Shown here piece by piece: positions 53,657-64,000 of a stretch of DNA of 64,000 nt. The translations under genes and the position numbers were made by a program. Source of the stretch: an uncultured Alphaproteobacteria bacterium (GTDB taxonomy: Bacteria; Pseudomonadota; Alphaproteobacteria; RF32; CAG-239); contig CALXVZ010000002.1 of the NCBI GenBank assembly GCA_944392235.1, positions 73,288-137,287 on the forward strand. Direction: 5' to 3'. The notes under the pieces were generated by a model that saw only the letters and a program-made list of their open reading frames with translations, ran no database searches and was not told the DNA's origin. The number at the start of each line of letters is the position of its first letter. Position 1 is the first letter of the stretch.

Positions 53657-55021
53657 ATGACAAAAATAGGATTCTGTGCAATTTCAGGCAGTGGCATGAG
53701 TGCATTAGCGCAAGTTTGTAAATTTCAAGGAAATGACATCTACGGAACAGATAGAAGTTTCGATCAAGGAAAAGATCAAAAAAACAAATCAGCCTTAGAG
53801 TCTCTAGGGATAAAGATTTATCCGCAAGATGGTTCCATGTTAAATAAAGACTTCTCTGTATTATATGCATCAACCGCCGTTGAAGATACGATTCCCGACA
53901 TAAAAAGAGCAAAAGAATTAAATATTCCAATCAAGCACCGTTCAGATTTACTTTCAGAAATTTTTGCATCATACAAAACTAGAATAGCAGTAGGAGGAAC
54001 AAGCGGAAAATCAACCGTAACAGCAATGATTGGATATATTTTGGATAAAGCTAATAAAAAACCATTAGTAATCAATGGTGCTTTATTAAAGAATTATGAA
54101 AATCAAAAAGGCATTCCTAATGTCATTTTAAATTCTGGAGATTATTGCGTTATAGAAGCAGATGAAAGTGATGGATCAATAGAAAAGTATACTCCAAGTG
54201 TATCAGTAATTAACAATATCACCTTAGATCATAAATCCATAGAAGAACTACAAAGTATTTTTAAAAATTTTGCTCAAAAAGCGGAATTAGGTGCAATAAT
54301 TAACAAAGATTGCCTCAATAGTAAAAGTCTAATAACTGCAAATAAGAAAGTACTTTCATTCAGCATAAAAGACAGCAGCGCAGATTTTCACGCTTCAAAT
54401 ATTTCACCTATAGCTGATGGAACAACCTATATTTACAATAATAAAAGCTACAAATTAAACCTCATCGGAGCATTCAATGTTGCAAATGCAATGTGTGCGG
54501 CAGCTTGTTGTTCTTTACTAGGAATTTCCGGAGAAACCTCATGTGAAATTTTGCAAACATTTTTAGGAACCAAACGCCGCTTAGAAGTATTAGGAATAAA
54601 CAAACAAATAACAGTAATTGATGATTTTGCACACAATCCAGACAAAGTAGATGCCTCAATGTCTGCATTAAAAAGCTATCAAGGACGTTTATTAATTATG
54701 TTCCAACCACATGGGTTCTCACCTATGCGTTTAATGGGAAAACAAATCATGTCTAGCTTTGCTAAACATATGAATAAGAACGATATATTACTAATTCCAG
54801 AAATTTTCTTTGCTGGAGGAACCGTAAAAAGAGATATCTCCTCAAAAGATTTAGTAGAGTACGCACAACAACAAGGTGCTAATGCTTTATATTTTGCCAC
54901 ACGTGACGAATTAAAAGAGCACATACTAAAAATAGCTCAACCTCAAGATAGAATTGTATTGATGGGAGCAAGAGATAATTCAATTACAACAATGGGTTAT
55001 GAACTTCTGGAGAAATTATAA
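53657..55021 (+). CDS. mpl: Mur ligase, likely UDP-N-acetylmuramate:L-alanyl-gamma-D-glutamyl-meso-DAP ligase
   Basis: Mur ligase N-domain plus GGTSGKSTVTAM P-loop. 454 aa (Mpl-sized) and followed by ldcA, a peptidoglycan-recycling pair. MurC is not excluded. Confidence 0.65.
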   Translation: MTKIGFCAISGSGMSALAQVCKFQGNDIYGTDRSFDQGKDQKNKSALESLGIKIYPQDGSMLNKDFSVLYASTAVEDTIPDIKRAKELNIPIKHRSDLLSEIFASYKTRIAVGGTSGKSTVTAMIGYILDKANKKPLVINGALLKNYENQKGIPNVILNSGDYCVIEADESDGSIEKYTPSVSVINNITLDHKSIEELQSIFKNFAQKAELGAIINKDCLNSKSLITANKKVLSFSIKDSSADFHASNISPIADGTTYIYNNKSYKLNLIGAFNVANAMCAAACCSLLGISGETSCEILQTFLGTKRRLEVLGINKQITVIDDFAHNPDKVDASMSALKSYQGRLLIMFQPHGFSPMRLMGKQIMSSFAKHMNKNDILLIPEIFFAGGTVKRDISSKDLVEYAQQQGANALYFATRDELKEHILKIAQPQDRIVLMGARDNSITTMGYELLEKL

Positions 55022-55908
55022 TGAGCCTTTTACAAAAAGGAGACATAATAGGATTTGCAGCAACTTCATCTGGTTTAGAAGGAAAAGATCTTTTTCCTGC
55101 CCTCAACTATTTTGAGAAAGTATTAAATTTAAGAGTAAAGCTAGCCCCTAACCTAAACCATGCTTACCGTTATATGGCTGGAACGGATGAAGAACGAGCA
55201 CAAGCTCTAACATCTATGTATAAAGACAAAGATATCAAAGCTATATTTACCATACGAGGAGCAGGAGGTTCTCTTCGTATGCTATCGCTATTAGATTATG
55301 ATGTTATTAAAAAAAATCCCAAACCACTTTTTGGATTAAGTGATGTAAGCTGCGTTCAAAATGCGATATTATCACAAACAGAAAATTCATGTTACACCGG
55401 CTTCCTACCTTTATATAATATAAATAATGAAATAAATGCAGAAATGGCACAACATCTTGATACCACTTTATTTTCAACTTCGCACAAAATAATCTCCGGA
55501 GAAGCCTCTATAGAAGGAGAAGCAGAAGGAGAGATTATTGGAGGCTGTCTTAGATCTTTTCTATTTTTAGCCGGAACAAAATATATGCCGGATTTTAAGG
55601 ATAAGATTTTATTGTTAGAAGATAAGGGTGAAAAGACATTCAATGTTGATTTAATGTTTGCACAAATAAAACAACTAAAAAATTTCGATAAATTAAGAGG
55701 TATAATTTTAGGTCAATTCACCAATTGCCCAATTATAGATAGTTTTGATGGAACTATTGATGATTGTATCAAAGATTTTATAGAAGACTTAAGAATTCCG
55801 GTTATAAAGAATTTCACCTATGGTCATATTCAAAACAGTCACATTATCCCTTTAGGAACAACAGTTAAAATATCCGCTTCTGCTACATCATGTACACTTA
55901 CATGGTAA
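55021..55908 (+). CDS. ldcA: LD-carboxypeptidase (muramoyltetrapeptide carboxypeptidase, S66)
   Basis: N-terminal LQKGDIIGFAATSSG; 295 aa. Confidence 0.65.
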   Translation: MSLLQKGDIIGFAATSSGLEGKDLFPALNYFEKVLNLRVKLAPNLNHAYRYMAGTDEERAQALTSMYKDKDIKAIFTIRGAGGSLRMLSLLDYDVIKKNPKPLFGLSDVSCVQNAILSQTENSCYTGFLPLYNINNEINAEMAQHLDTTLFSTSHKIISGEASIEGEAEGEIIGGCLRSFLFLAGTKYMPDFKDKILLLEDKGEKTFNVDLMFAQIKQLKNFDKLRGIILGQFTNCPIIDSFDGTIDDCIKDFIEDLRIPVIKNFTYGHIQNSHIIPLGTTVKISASATSCTLTW

Positions 55909-56596
55909 AAAAGGACAACACTTGAGCAAGATTTTGTTGGGTTAATCTATAAACGATATAGAAATATTTTTGAACACTAACCCACCCCCCATTATTAAAA
56001 GCAAGCACGGCCAAACACATCAACATATTTGCTCCAGGTAAAAACATCAAACAAAAGGAAAAGCCGACCTCATGAAAATCTGGTTGCTCACCATGAATTT
56101 GCACAAAAATACTTTCAAGGTGATAAGCAAAAAAATATCCAAGGATACCATTTATCAACAATCCTTCAGGAAATTTTTCTGAAAAAAACGTAATACCAAG
56201 CATTAGAAAAAATAAAAAAAGAGGAAAGAAATAAGGAGCAATCGTAATCAACCAATTTCCATTTCCTTTAAACCCCATAGCACCACCAGACTCATCCATA
56301 TTCAAATGAATATGAAACACTTTATGAAATGTCAGCAATGCAAAAAATATATGCGTAAATTCATGAGCTAAAATTTGCATCGAAACATTTGAACGAGAAG
56401 ACGCTACAATTTTCAAAGCCAAATACAAAAAAGCACCAGCTAAAAACGCAAAAAAACGTAAATTAGTAAAACTAAAATAGTCTAAGACATGTATTAAAGC
56501 AGGCAATACTAAAACCATTAAAACTGCAACAGGCCACTTTAATAAATTCAAAATAAAATCTAACCATCTATCCATAGCATCTCCAATCATCCACAA
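55898..56596 (-). CDS. membrane-embedded HExxH protein (M50B-like putative metalloprotease)
   Basis: LAHEFTHIFF HExxH within a hydrophobic segment. ~6 TM. Confidence 0.4.
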   Translation of the reverse strand: MWMIGDAMDRWLDFILNLLKWPVAVLMVLVLPALIHVLDYFSFTNLRFFAFLAGAFLYLALKIVASSRSNVSMQILAHEFTHIFFALLTFHKVFHIHLNMDESGGAMGFKGNGNWLITIAPYFFPLFLFFLMLGITFFSEKFPEGLLINGILGYFFAYHLESIFVQIHGEQPDFHEVGFSFCLMFLPGANMLMCLAVLAFNNGGWVSVQKYFYIVYRLTQQNLAQVLSFFTM

Positions 56597-56742
56597 CCAT
56601 AACCTACAAACTCCTAATTATTTTTGCAAATAGAAATAATATTTAGTGGAAAAATCACTTAAGTATTATATAAAAATAAAATAAAAAAGGAAACATATTA
56701 AAATAGCCACTCTTTTTACTAAAGAAAACATTCAGAAAAAAC

Positions 56743-56771
56743 TTGACAAAAAGATTTACTTCTGTGATACT
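56743..56771 (+). promoter_or_regulatory. candidate sigma70 promoter (TTGACA-17-GATACT)
   Basis: Perfect -35 hexamer, 17-bp spacer, and a 4/6 match in the -10 hexamer. Confidence 0.35.
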
Positions 56772-56778
56772 ACAGCAG

Positions 56779-56917
56779 TATTAAATTTGAATTGAAAAAG
56801 TAATGATAGGATTAAAAAATACATCTCTGCGTCTGCGCAGATTATCTTTGCGACGATGACTTATCAAGACACCGGTAAGTTAGTCGCGAGATTTGAGCTC
56901 ACTCAAATCTTTTTTTA
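56779..56917 (+). ncRNA. candidate small RNA or structured 5' leader ending in an intrinsic terminator
   Basis: Locally GC-rich segment with a 10-bp perfect palindrome TCTGCGCAGA (56832-56841). Terminator AGATTTGAgctcacTCAAATCTtttttt at 56889-56917, 30 bp before the GNAT start. Confidence 0.3.
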
Positions 56918-56950
56918 TAGCAGATTTTAGAAAATACGCAGAGGAAAATT

Positions 56951-57724
56951 ATGAATAAAAAACATTTAACTGTAAAAAAATTAGACATTAATAATTTGTC
57001 AGATGTTATGAAGCTCCAAGAAAAAATCATAAAAGGTTTACATCCTGACGAACAGCATTTCATTTTACACAGAACAGAAGCAGATTATATGAAATCTCTT
57101 AACGGAAGCAATTCAAACATGTTAGGAGTTTTTGATGGCGAAACATTAATTGCACAAACAGTATATTGCATGCCTCAAAATGGAGAAAGCAGAGACATGC
57201 CAGAATTTAAGCCTGAAATAGAAAACAAGGATCTCGTTTTATACGAAGCAATTTTAGTTGATCCCGCATACAGAGGATCAAGTTTAATGAAAAGAATGCT
57301 TGAATTTATTGAAAATCATGCAATAGATAATGGCAGAACCCATTCAATCATTCAAATAGCCATAGATAACCCCGCTAGTTGGATAAATGCATTACATCAT
57401 GGAATGTCCATTACAAAAGTAGATAAAGATCCAACAGATGGTGTTAAAGTAATCTATTTAGAAAAGAAAATAACACACCAACCAGATGATGACAAACAAC
57501 TTCCTCCCCAAAAAGATAGCTATTACATGTATTTAGGTGACAATATACACAAAAAAATCCCAACTTTATTTAATAAGATGCAATTTCTAATTCAAAGCGG
57601 TTATCAGGGAGTAAGCTTAGATAAAGAAACCCAAAGCCTAATATGGGAAAAACAAGAAAAACAAAATACAAATGTCTTAAATCTAAACTTATTTATGCAG
57701 AACAAAAAAATTAGCTCTTTATAA
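56951..57724 (+). CDS. GNAT-like N-acetyltransferase
   Basis: LVDPAYRGSSLMKRMLEFIENHA motif A-like segment. Confidence 0.5.
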   Translation: MNKKHLTVKKLDINNLSDVMKLQEKIIKGLHPDEQHFILHRTEADYMKSLNGSNSNMLGVFDGETLIAQTVYCMPQNGESRDMPEFKPEIENKDLVLYEAILVDPAYRGSSLMKRMLEFIENHAIDNGRTHSIIQIAIDNPASWINALHHGMSITKVDKDPTDGVKVIYLEKKITHQPDDDKQLPPQKDSYYMYLGDNIHKKIPTLFNKMQFLIQSGYQGVSLDKETQSLIWEKQEKQNTNVLNLNLFMQNKKISSL

Positions 57725-57729
57725 AAGAG

Positions 57730-58581
57730 CTAATTTTTTACTCTTCCCAAATAATACCACTCAGTATTCACGGGAGCCTGAAGATTTGGCAAAAGAATAT
57801 ACCCATCGTATGGAGCATATAAACATTCTCCATCATCATAACGAGCAATTTCTTCACCTTTAGCAACAGGATCGAGATGCTTATAATTACGAGAAAGCTG
57901 TCCTTCTTTTGTTTTTAAGATATAACTATCCATCTGAATATGCTCTTTTTCACGCTTATCTGGAGTAGATGCCTCAATCATATCAAAAACCGCCAATGTA
58001 TTAATAATAGCCTGATAAGCCAACAAGATAGCTTCTGGTGCTTTATGATAGCCACATTCTAAAGTCGTCGCAGTATTACCATACATATGAGCACAATGTT
58101 CAGTAGAAAAATCTTGAATAGCGTCTTGTTTACTATAAATATCTGGCCAACCTTCTAAAACAAAACCGACATTAAGAGCATCGATTAATTTCTTATTATA
58201 TTGGTCAGGATAATCACAAAACGCAAAAGGAACATCACCCACACAGTGAGTAGAATGAAGATCAAGAACCACTCTATGACTTTGAATTAAAGGACAAATT
58301 TCATTTGCAAGACTTTGCTCATAAGAGCAAGGATTTTCATGCATAATCATAACACGATTCAAATTTTCATCAATACTCCGCACATCTTTTTCATAAGCTT
58401 GAGGATTACAAACAGGCACTAATGTTAATTTTCCTTTTTTTAATTTAATAGCACCATTTTCAAATTCTTGTATCAATTTATAACAAGCATTTGTTCCAGC
58501 AGTTTCATTTCCATGAACTGCTGCTAGAATTAATAAATTAAGTCCATCTACATCTGAATCAAATTCAAATTTAGTAATCAT
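57730..58581 (-). CDS. succinylglutamate desuccinylase/aspartoacylase family Zn hydrolase
   Basis: LILAAVHGNETAGT (HGNE) signature. Confidence 0.7.
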   Translation of the reverse strand: MITKFEFDSDVDGLNLLILAAVHGNETAGTNACYKLIQEFENGAIKLKKGKLTLVPVCNPQAYEKDVRSIDENLNRVMIMHENPCSYEQSLANEICPLIQSHRVVLDLHSTHCVGDVPFAFCDYPDQYNKKLIDALNVGFVLEGWPDIYSKQDAIQDFSTEHCAHMYGNTATTLECGYHKAPEAILLAYQAIINTLAVFDMIEASTPDKREKEHIQMDSYILKTKEGQLSRNYKHLDPVAKGEEIARYDDGECLYAPYDGYILLPNLQAPVNTEWYYLGRVKN

Positions 58582-58937
58582 GCTATTTTTTCCTCATCCA
58601 CAATTTCTATAAATTTCTTATATCTCTCTGCATATTTATCTTCATATTTACTAGCGATTTCGACTAAAGATTTTTGTTCTTTAAAACGAGCAATAAGAGT
58701 ATCATCTGTTTTAACAGATAGTATTTCAGAAGTTGCATCATAATCAAGATACAGTCTAATCAGCTGTGCATGAAGTGGGAAAGCCATAATTTCATCATAA
58801 TAAACTTTGGGCAATTTAAAATGCACAACAAGCTGTGTAGTTTCTGCACCTAAGCATCTAGCCACTGTAGATTGCCGGATAAATTCCATAATTAAAATTG
58901 GAGAAAAAGGAACATCCCCATCATCAATATCAGCCAT
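58578..58937 (-). CDS. hypothetical protein (119 aa), probably co-transcribed with the AstE/AspA-like gene
   Basis: 4-bp overlap with the downstream gene. No recognisable motif. Confidence 0.4.
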   Translation of the reverse strand: MADIDDGDVPFSPILIMEFIRQSTVARCLGAETTQLVVHFKLPKVYYDEIMAFPLHAQLIRLYLDYDATSEILSVKTDDTLIARFKEQKSLVEIASKYEDKYAERYKKFIEIVDEEKIA

Positions 58938-59060
58938 AATGTTTCAATCCGTATAAAATTGCATCTAACGAACAACATAATAATACACTAATAACAGTTT
59001 ACAAGCAAAAAAATCTAGCTTTTTAATTCATTATATATAGAATTTAACAAGGAGAAAAAT

Positions 59061-59390
59061 ATGACACTGGAATTAAAAGAAAACCCAACATTACACGACT
59101 TTCAAGACTACATTTTACAAATGAAACAAGAACGTGGATTTAATACAACCGATAAATTTTATGAATGTTGTCTATTAGCAGAAGAATGTGGAGAGTTAAT
59201 TTCAGCTATCCGCAAAAATAGTAAAAAAGGCTCCATAGGAAGTGGATCAATAGCAGGCAACATAGAAGAGGAACTAGCAGATGTATTCATTTATGTATGC
59301 TCGCTCGCCAATATGCATAATATAGACTTAGAACAAGCATTTAGAAATAAAGAAGAAAAAAATAAACAACGGACATGGAAGAGACTATAG
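59061..59390 (+). CDS. MazG-like nucleotide pyrophosphohydrolase
   Basis: EECGELISAI and EELADVFIYV motifs. Confidence 0.7.
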   Translation: MTLELKENPTLHDFQDYILQMKQERGFNTTDKFYECCLLAEECGELISAIRKNSKKGSIGSGSIAGNIEEELADVFIYVCSLANMHNIDLEQAFRNKEEKNKQRTWKRL

Positions 59391-59619
59391 GTTCCTACTA
59401 GGTTGCTATAAAAAACATCATATAAATATGATTCTCCGAGTAGAAACACCATTTCCCAACAAAACAACAAGTATGAATCCCTTTAATCATTAGCCTATTA
59501 CTTGTATTAGCAATTTATAATACATTTAGCGTATCTCATTCCAAAGATAAAGGCCAAAAAAGAGAGAGATATTAAAAACATATCTCTCTTACACTCTGTA
59601 ATAAGTTTACAGATATAAA

Positions 59620-60678
59620 TTATTTTTCAAACAATCTATCTTTAAAATAATTAATACCCATAGCTGTTTTAACTTCACTTAAAGTCTGAGCAGCAACTTC
59701 TCGAGCTTTAATACTTCCTGACTCTAGCATATGAAAGATTTCAGGTAAATCCTGAGCTAAAAGTTCTCTTTTTTCACGTATTGGCTTAAGTTCGTTCTGC
59801 AAAATTTCATTTAAGAACTTTTTAACAGTACCATCCCCCAAACCACCACGACGATAGTGTTCTTTCATTTCATCTAAATTCTGATAAGCTGGCAAAAACT
59901 CTTGAAAATACTCATCTTTACAAAATGCATCTAAGTAGATAAATACCGGATTATTTTCTGTATGCCCCGGATCTTCAACACGAAGATGTGTCGGATCTGT
60001 AAACATACTTTGCACCTTTTTCTTAATATCATTAGAGGAATCAGATAAATAAATACAGTTTCCAATAGATTTACTCATCTTCGCAGCACCATCAATACCC
60101 GGCAAACGCGAACAAACAGAATTTTCAGGCAATACGGCAGTAGGTTCAACCAAAACCGGACTATACTGAGAATTGAAAGAACGAACAATTTCACGAGTTT
60201 GTTCGATCATCGGCAATTGATCTTCTCCAACAGGAACAATATTAGCTTTAAAAGCAGTAATATCTGCGGCCTGACTAATTGGATAGGTAAAAAATCCCAC
60301 AGGAATACTCTGTTTAAAACCACGCATCTGAATTTCATTTTTAACAGTAGGATTTCTCTGCAATCTAGAAACTGTAACCAAATTCATATAATAAAAAGAC
60401 AGTTCACAAAGTTCTGGAATTTGTGATTGAATAAAGATCGTAGATTTTTGCGGATCCAAACCACAAGACAAATAATCTAAAGCAACTTCAGAAATATTAT
60501 TTCTAACTTTATTAATATTATCAGCGTTATCTGTAAGAGCCTGAGCATCTGCAATCATAATATAGATATTGTGATACTTACCGCTATTTTGCAATTCAAC
60601 ACGACGTTTCAAAGATCCAACGTAGTGCCCCAAATGTAATTTACCTGTAGGGCGATCCCCTGTTAAAATAACATCCAT
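59620..60678 (-). CDS. trpS: tryptophanyl-tRNA synthetase
   Basis: HLGHY and KMSKS class I motifs. Confidence 0.95.
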   Translation of the reverse strand: MDVILTGDRPTGKLHLGHYVGSLKRRVELQNSGKYHNIYIMIADAQALTDNADNINKVRNNISEVALDYLSCGLDPQKSTIFIQSQIPELCELSFYYMNLVTVSRLQRNPTVKNEIQMRGFKQSIPVGFFTYPISQAADITAFKANIVPVGEDQLPMIEQTREIVRSFNSQYSPVLVEPTAVLPENSVCSRLPGIDGAAKMSKSIGNCIYLSDSSNDIKKKVQSMFTDPTHLRVEDPGHTENNPVFIYLDAFCKDEYFQEFLPAYQNLDEMKEHYRRGGLGDGTVKKFLNEILQNELKPIREKRELLAQDLPEIFHMLESGSIKAREVAAQTLSEVKTAMGINYFKDRLFEK

Positions 60679-60884
60679 TTTACAATCCTTTCATTTTGCG
60701 AGAAGGAATAACACAGAGAATATGTAATGTCAACAAAGATAAGTCTTTATATCAAAAGAAATGAACTAGAAAATAGTGAATTATCAAAAACTAACCTAAA
60801 ATTTAATTGCTTTTCAATAAACAATATGCTAGCACAAGAGTATAAATATAATCATTATGTTCAACTATTAAATTTTTATGTATT

Positions 60885-61160
60885 ATGGAACAATTACAAA
60901 CAATAATTTGCATTTACGGAGGCTTAGGAATACTTTGTTGTCTCTGTGCAATAATAAAGCTTAATAAGCAATCAAAACAATGTAAGCAGAAGAATGATTT
61001 TACTCCATTAAAAAAAACATTCTTTCAATTTATTGCAATATTCCTTTTAATTATAGCAGCTTTAGTTCTACATCTCAGTTGCTTAATAGGATCAATTTCC
61101 GGCACATGGCCGATATTAGTTCTGTTAGTATTAATGGTAGTAGGTATCTTTATTCTCTAA
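60885..61160 (+). CDS. small membrane protein (2-3 TM)
   Basis: Hydrophobic only. Confidence 0.35.
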   Translation: MEQLQTIICIYGGLGILCCLCAIIKLNKQSKQCKQKNDFTPLKKTFFQFIAIFLLIIAALVLHLSCLIGSISGTWPILVLLVLMVVGIFIL

Positions 61161-61232
61161 AAATGCTAAAAGAAACAAAAACATAAAAGCTCAATCTTTT
61201 CAAGGATTGAGCTTTTATTGTATCAATTAATT

Positions 61233-61418
61233 TTAAGAATTTCTTGTTAAATCAAAAGCCGAGTAAATTGCAGATAAACCAACAATAATATAAACAGCTC
61301 TTTCTAGCAACGGAGCAAACCCCAAGAGCATATTAACCAAATTAAAATTAGCAATACCAACCAAACCCCAGTTAATACCACCGATTATCGTTAAAATAAG
61401 TGCTATTTTGCCTAACAT
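61233..61418 (-). CDS. DUF378-like small membrane protein
   Basis: GINWGLVG...GLSAIY pattern in 61 aa. Confidence 0.45.
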   Translation of the reverse strand: MLGKIALILTIIGGINWGLVGIANFNLVNMLLGFAPLLERAVYIIVGLSAIYSAFDLTRNS

Positions 61419-61706
61419 GTTATCTCTCCTAAAATATTATAAACAAAGTTTATGTATGAGTGATAACAGAATTTTCAAGACATCTGATTTTTATTTTCTG
61501 AAAATTTCTTCCAGAATTTAAAATAGCCACTTTTTACCTTTTAATAAAGAACCAATTTCTTTAAATAAGAACTCAACAATTTTTATTTAGCATTCAATAA
61601 GTTAATCAACACACAAAATCATCTTGTTTTTTAATTTATATGCTTTATTATAATCAGATAAATAATATTATTAACTAAGAACCTACTGAAAAGGCAGTAG
61701 TTATAT

Positions 61707-62300
61707 TTGTGTATGAATAATATAGAAAAAAAAGTAAAACAATTTCAAAAGGACCATTTTACTTCCTTTAGAGAACTTTCTCCTGTTATGAAACAACACT
61801 ATCTAGCACTTGGCAGAATGTTGATTGAAAAGGAAGAAATGTCAGTAGAACAGCTTATTCAACAAGCACACCGCATTAAACCCTTAATGCGCCCCAAAGA
61901 AGGTAGTTCATTAAAAGAAGCCCTATACTGGACTAAGCCGGTGCCACTCACTCAAAGTTTCTACTTCAATTTCGAGGATGAATCGATTCTCAAAAAAGCA
62001 GACGGAGAAATCCTACCCGTTGAATCAATAGAAAAAGTATGTGAGTTTGTATGTTTCCATCGTTACGGAGGATATTATGGCTGTTTACGTCCTGGCATGG
62101 ACGAGATAATACAACAATTCCCTGCATATCTACTAGAGGATGAACAAGCTGAATATGCAGTAGAACTGATTTTCCCGTCTCTGGAAATACAAGATGTATA
62201 CGATTGCGTTCTTGACAGACATATTTCTACAGTAGTAGTTTACCGTTTAAAAAATGGGCTGCCACCTGAAGTTAAAGAACAAGAAGTCATATACAAGTAA
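61707..62300 (+). CDS. hypothetical protein (197 aa)
   Basis: No recognisable motif. Confidence 0.4.
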   Translation: MCMNNIEKKVKQFQKDHFTSFRELSPVMKQHYLALGRMLIEKEEMSVEQLIQQAHRIKPLMRPKEGSSLKEALYWTKPVPLTQSFYFNFEDESILKKADGEILPVESIEKVCEFVCFHRYGGYYGCLRPGMDEIIQQFPAYLLEDEQAEYAVELIFPSLEIQDVYDCVLDRHISTVVVYRLKNGLPPEVKEQEVIYK

Positions 62301-62400
62301 CAAAAAATAGTTCTTCAAAAGTAAAAACTTTTGAAGAACTATTTTATTTATAACAAATTCAAAAAACTTGAAAATACCAAATATCTATAAATTACCATTA

Positions 62401-64000
62401 TCAATCTCTCTGCTTATGAATTATATTCACCCAAGATGATTGTTTTAATATTTTTTCCATTTTTAAAGTCGTATCATCCAAACTTTTTATGAGACGATGC
62501 TTTAAGAAGTCCAAACGATTATCATCAATAAAATCAAACTTACCATTATTTTCCTTAGCAGACATAAATCTCATATGAGCTATTCTCAGTTCTCTTTCTG
62601 CAGGAGAATTCAACATTGCACCAGCCAAACAACTCAAAGCTGCTTTATTATCATTTTCCTTAGCAATTGCAAAATACTGCCCCAACCTATGGATTTTTGA
62701 TAATAATTGAGACTCTTTAAGAATATCTTCCTCAGCAACCCCCATAATTTGAGCTGCCATCTCTCTATTATACTCTGAACTCGGATATTGATTAACAATA
62801 TCAAAAGGGGCTTTAATCTTATCATTTTTATCCATTTCCGCTAACATAATACCATATTTGAATATTGGCATATCAGAAAAATGCATCTTTCCACTTAAAT
62901 CTACAGCATGAAAAAGTTCATGATAAATTCTGCGTTCATTATTATTCCAATTATCTTTATGCTCTGTTTTATACTTATGTTGAGCAAAATACTCATACGA
63001 ATATTTACTCGGTAAAACAACTATTGGGTATTTTTCACCTTTTTCAGTTACCCCTAAACTACAATATCCCCCATAAGATCCGCCATTTCCATTATGCTCA
63101 ATTTTTTCCTCATTACTTTCAAAAACTAAAGCTCCTCTGTTTTTCGTAAAATACCGATACATAGCTGATAAATAAGGACTTTGTCTTACTCTATTATAAT
63201 CATCTTCAAATACTTGCAAAGCATAAAAATGCTTTCCATAATCCTCTGGAAAATCAATTTTATCAATAGCCTGTGATAGCAAAGTTTCATCACTATTTAA
63301 TTTTAATCCTCTAATAACACAAAAATCCTCAGAGATACCATTTTCCTTATTTTCAAAATTTCTCAAACGAATTTCTGGAAATTCTTCTTGAATAGAACCT
63401 TTAATATACATCGCAGGATTTCCATTTCTATCAGAAAGATACAACGCAGCAGAAACAGGTGTTCCATTCGGAAAAGCATCAATATAATTACTTGATGTAT
63501 CTTGATATTCTTTAGCTATTGAATGACTATCCCTCTCTGGAGATAAAATTTTAAGCTGCAATATATGCTTTTTTATTTCCTGATATAACTTAATTTTATT
63601 TTTTTCAAAATTTGTTCGTTTATCCAATACATCAGTCATATTAGATACATCATGACCTCTAAAAAATTCAAAACTTTTTTTACTTTCTGGATGCAAATAT
63701 TGATAGACATATGTAAAATCTGCAGCAAATTTACCTTTTGTATTTCTTTGAAGAAAAAGTTGCTCTTTCAAACTTTGTTTATTTTCTAAATCATATGCTT
63801 TAATTACTTCATTTAAGAAATCCACAGGATTTTTTTCTTCATTTTTATATTGATTATACATCAATGTATGCAAAAATCCACCACCATTTCGCACATCTCT
63901 ATATCTCACTAGATCATGAGCATCCGGTAATAATTCTTGCAAATAACCTAAATCTTGCAAATAACAAGCAACAACAACATCCCTACACAGTTTTTGTCTA
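62401..64000 (-). CDS. large hypothetical protein, 5' end beyond the window
   Basis: The frame stays open to the window end. The track 'start' at 63960 is TTG. No recognisable motif. Confidence 0.45.
   Translation of the reverse strand, partial: RQKLCRDVVVACYLQDLGYLQELLPDAHDLVRYRDVRNGGGFLHTLMYNQYKNEEKNPVDFLNEVIKAYDLENKQSLKEQLFLQRNTKGKFAADFTYVYQYLHPESKKSFEFFRGHDVSNMTDVLDKRTNFEKNKIKLYQEIKKHILQLKILSPERDSHSIAKEYQDTSSNYIDAFPNGTPVSAALYLSDRNGNPAMYIKGSIQEEFPEIRLRNFENKENGISEDFCVIRGLKLNSDETLLSQAIDKIDFPEDYGKHFYALQVFEDDYNRVRQSPYLSAMYRYFTKNRGALVFESNEEKIEHNGNGGSYGGYCSLGVTEKGEKYPIVVLPSKYSYEYFAQHKYKTEHKDNWNNNERRIYHELFHAVDLSGKMHFSDMPIFKYGIMLAEMDKNDKIKAPFDIVNQYPSSEYNREMAAQIMGVAEEDILKESQLLSKIHRLGQYFAIAKENDNKAALSCLAGAMLNSPAERELRIAHMRFMSAKENNGKFDFIDDNRLDFLKHRLIKSLDDTTLKMEKILKQSSWVNIIHKQRD

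Overview
AT-rich (~30% GC) bacterial chromosome segment with dense housekeeping content. A CckA-like hybrid histidine kinase, an Hda-like protein and an OmpA/glycine-zipper lipoprotein suggest an alphaproteobacterium-like organism with a reduced genome (inference only). Recognisable genes: pgm, CckA-like HK, hdaA-like, truB-rpsO-pnp, adk, thermonuclease, rplU-rpmA-obg-rsfS, tRNA-Trp, secE-nusG, rpsU, serS, gyrB (-), nrdD-nrdG (-), HAD hydrolase, lepA (-), pta-ackA, OmpA-like lipoprotein (-), typA/bipA (-), PfkB kinase (-), a two-gene chrA pair with a TetR regulator (-), mpl-ldcA, MazG-like, trpS (-). Several HD-domain proteins, GNATs and secreted/HExxH proteins of unknown role are also present. 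The main finding is a ~6 kb insertion between tRNA-Trp and secE (13.9-19.85 kb). It begins with three tandem, same-orientation single-gene cassettes. Each cassette is bounded by a ~45-60 bp direct repeat that recapitulates the tRNA-Trp 3' end plus its terminator, and each starts with a conserved inverted-repeat hairpin (GTCCRTRTA...TACACGGAC). A fourth, degenerate repeat copy and a decayed fragment of a cassette gene are also present. The cargo is small nucleotide-associated proteins: a P-loop kinase-like protein, a nucleoside 2-deoxyribosyltransferase-like protein and an HD hydrolase, followed by a macro-domain protein and unknowns. No integrase or transposase is encoded anywhere in the window. 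The array therefore looks like a recombinase-less (trans-mobilised) cassette array, possibly a defence or nucleotide-modification island. Second finding: nrdD appears naturally split, with the glycyl-radical C-terminal module (RVMGY) on a separate 82-aa ORF that has its own RBS. Further candidates: NrdR-like palindromes upstream of nrdD, a GC-rich sRNA/leader with an intrinsic terminator, and homopolymeric T tracts.
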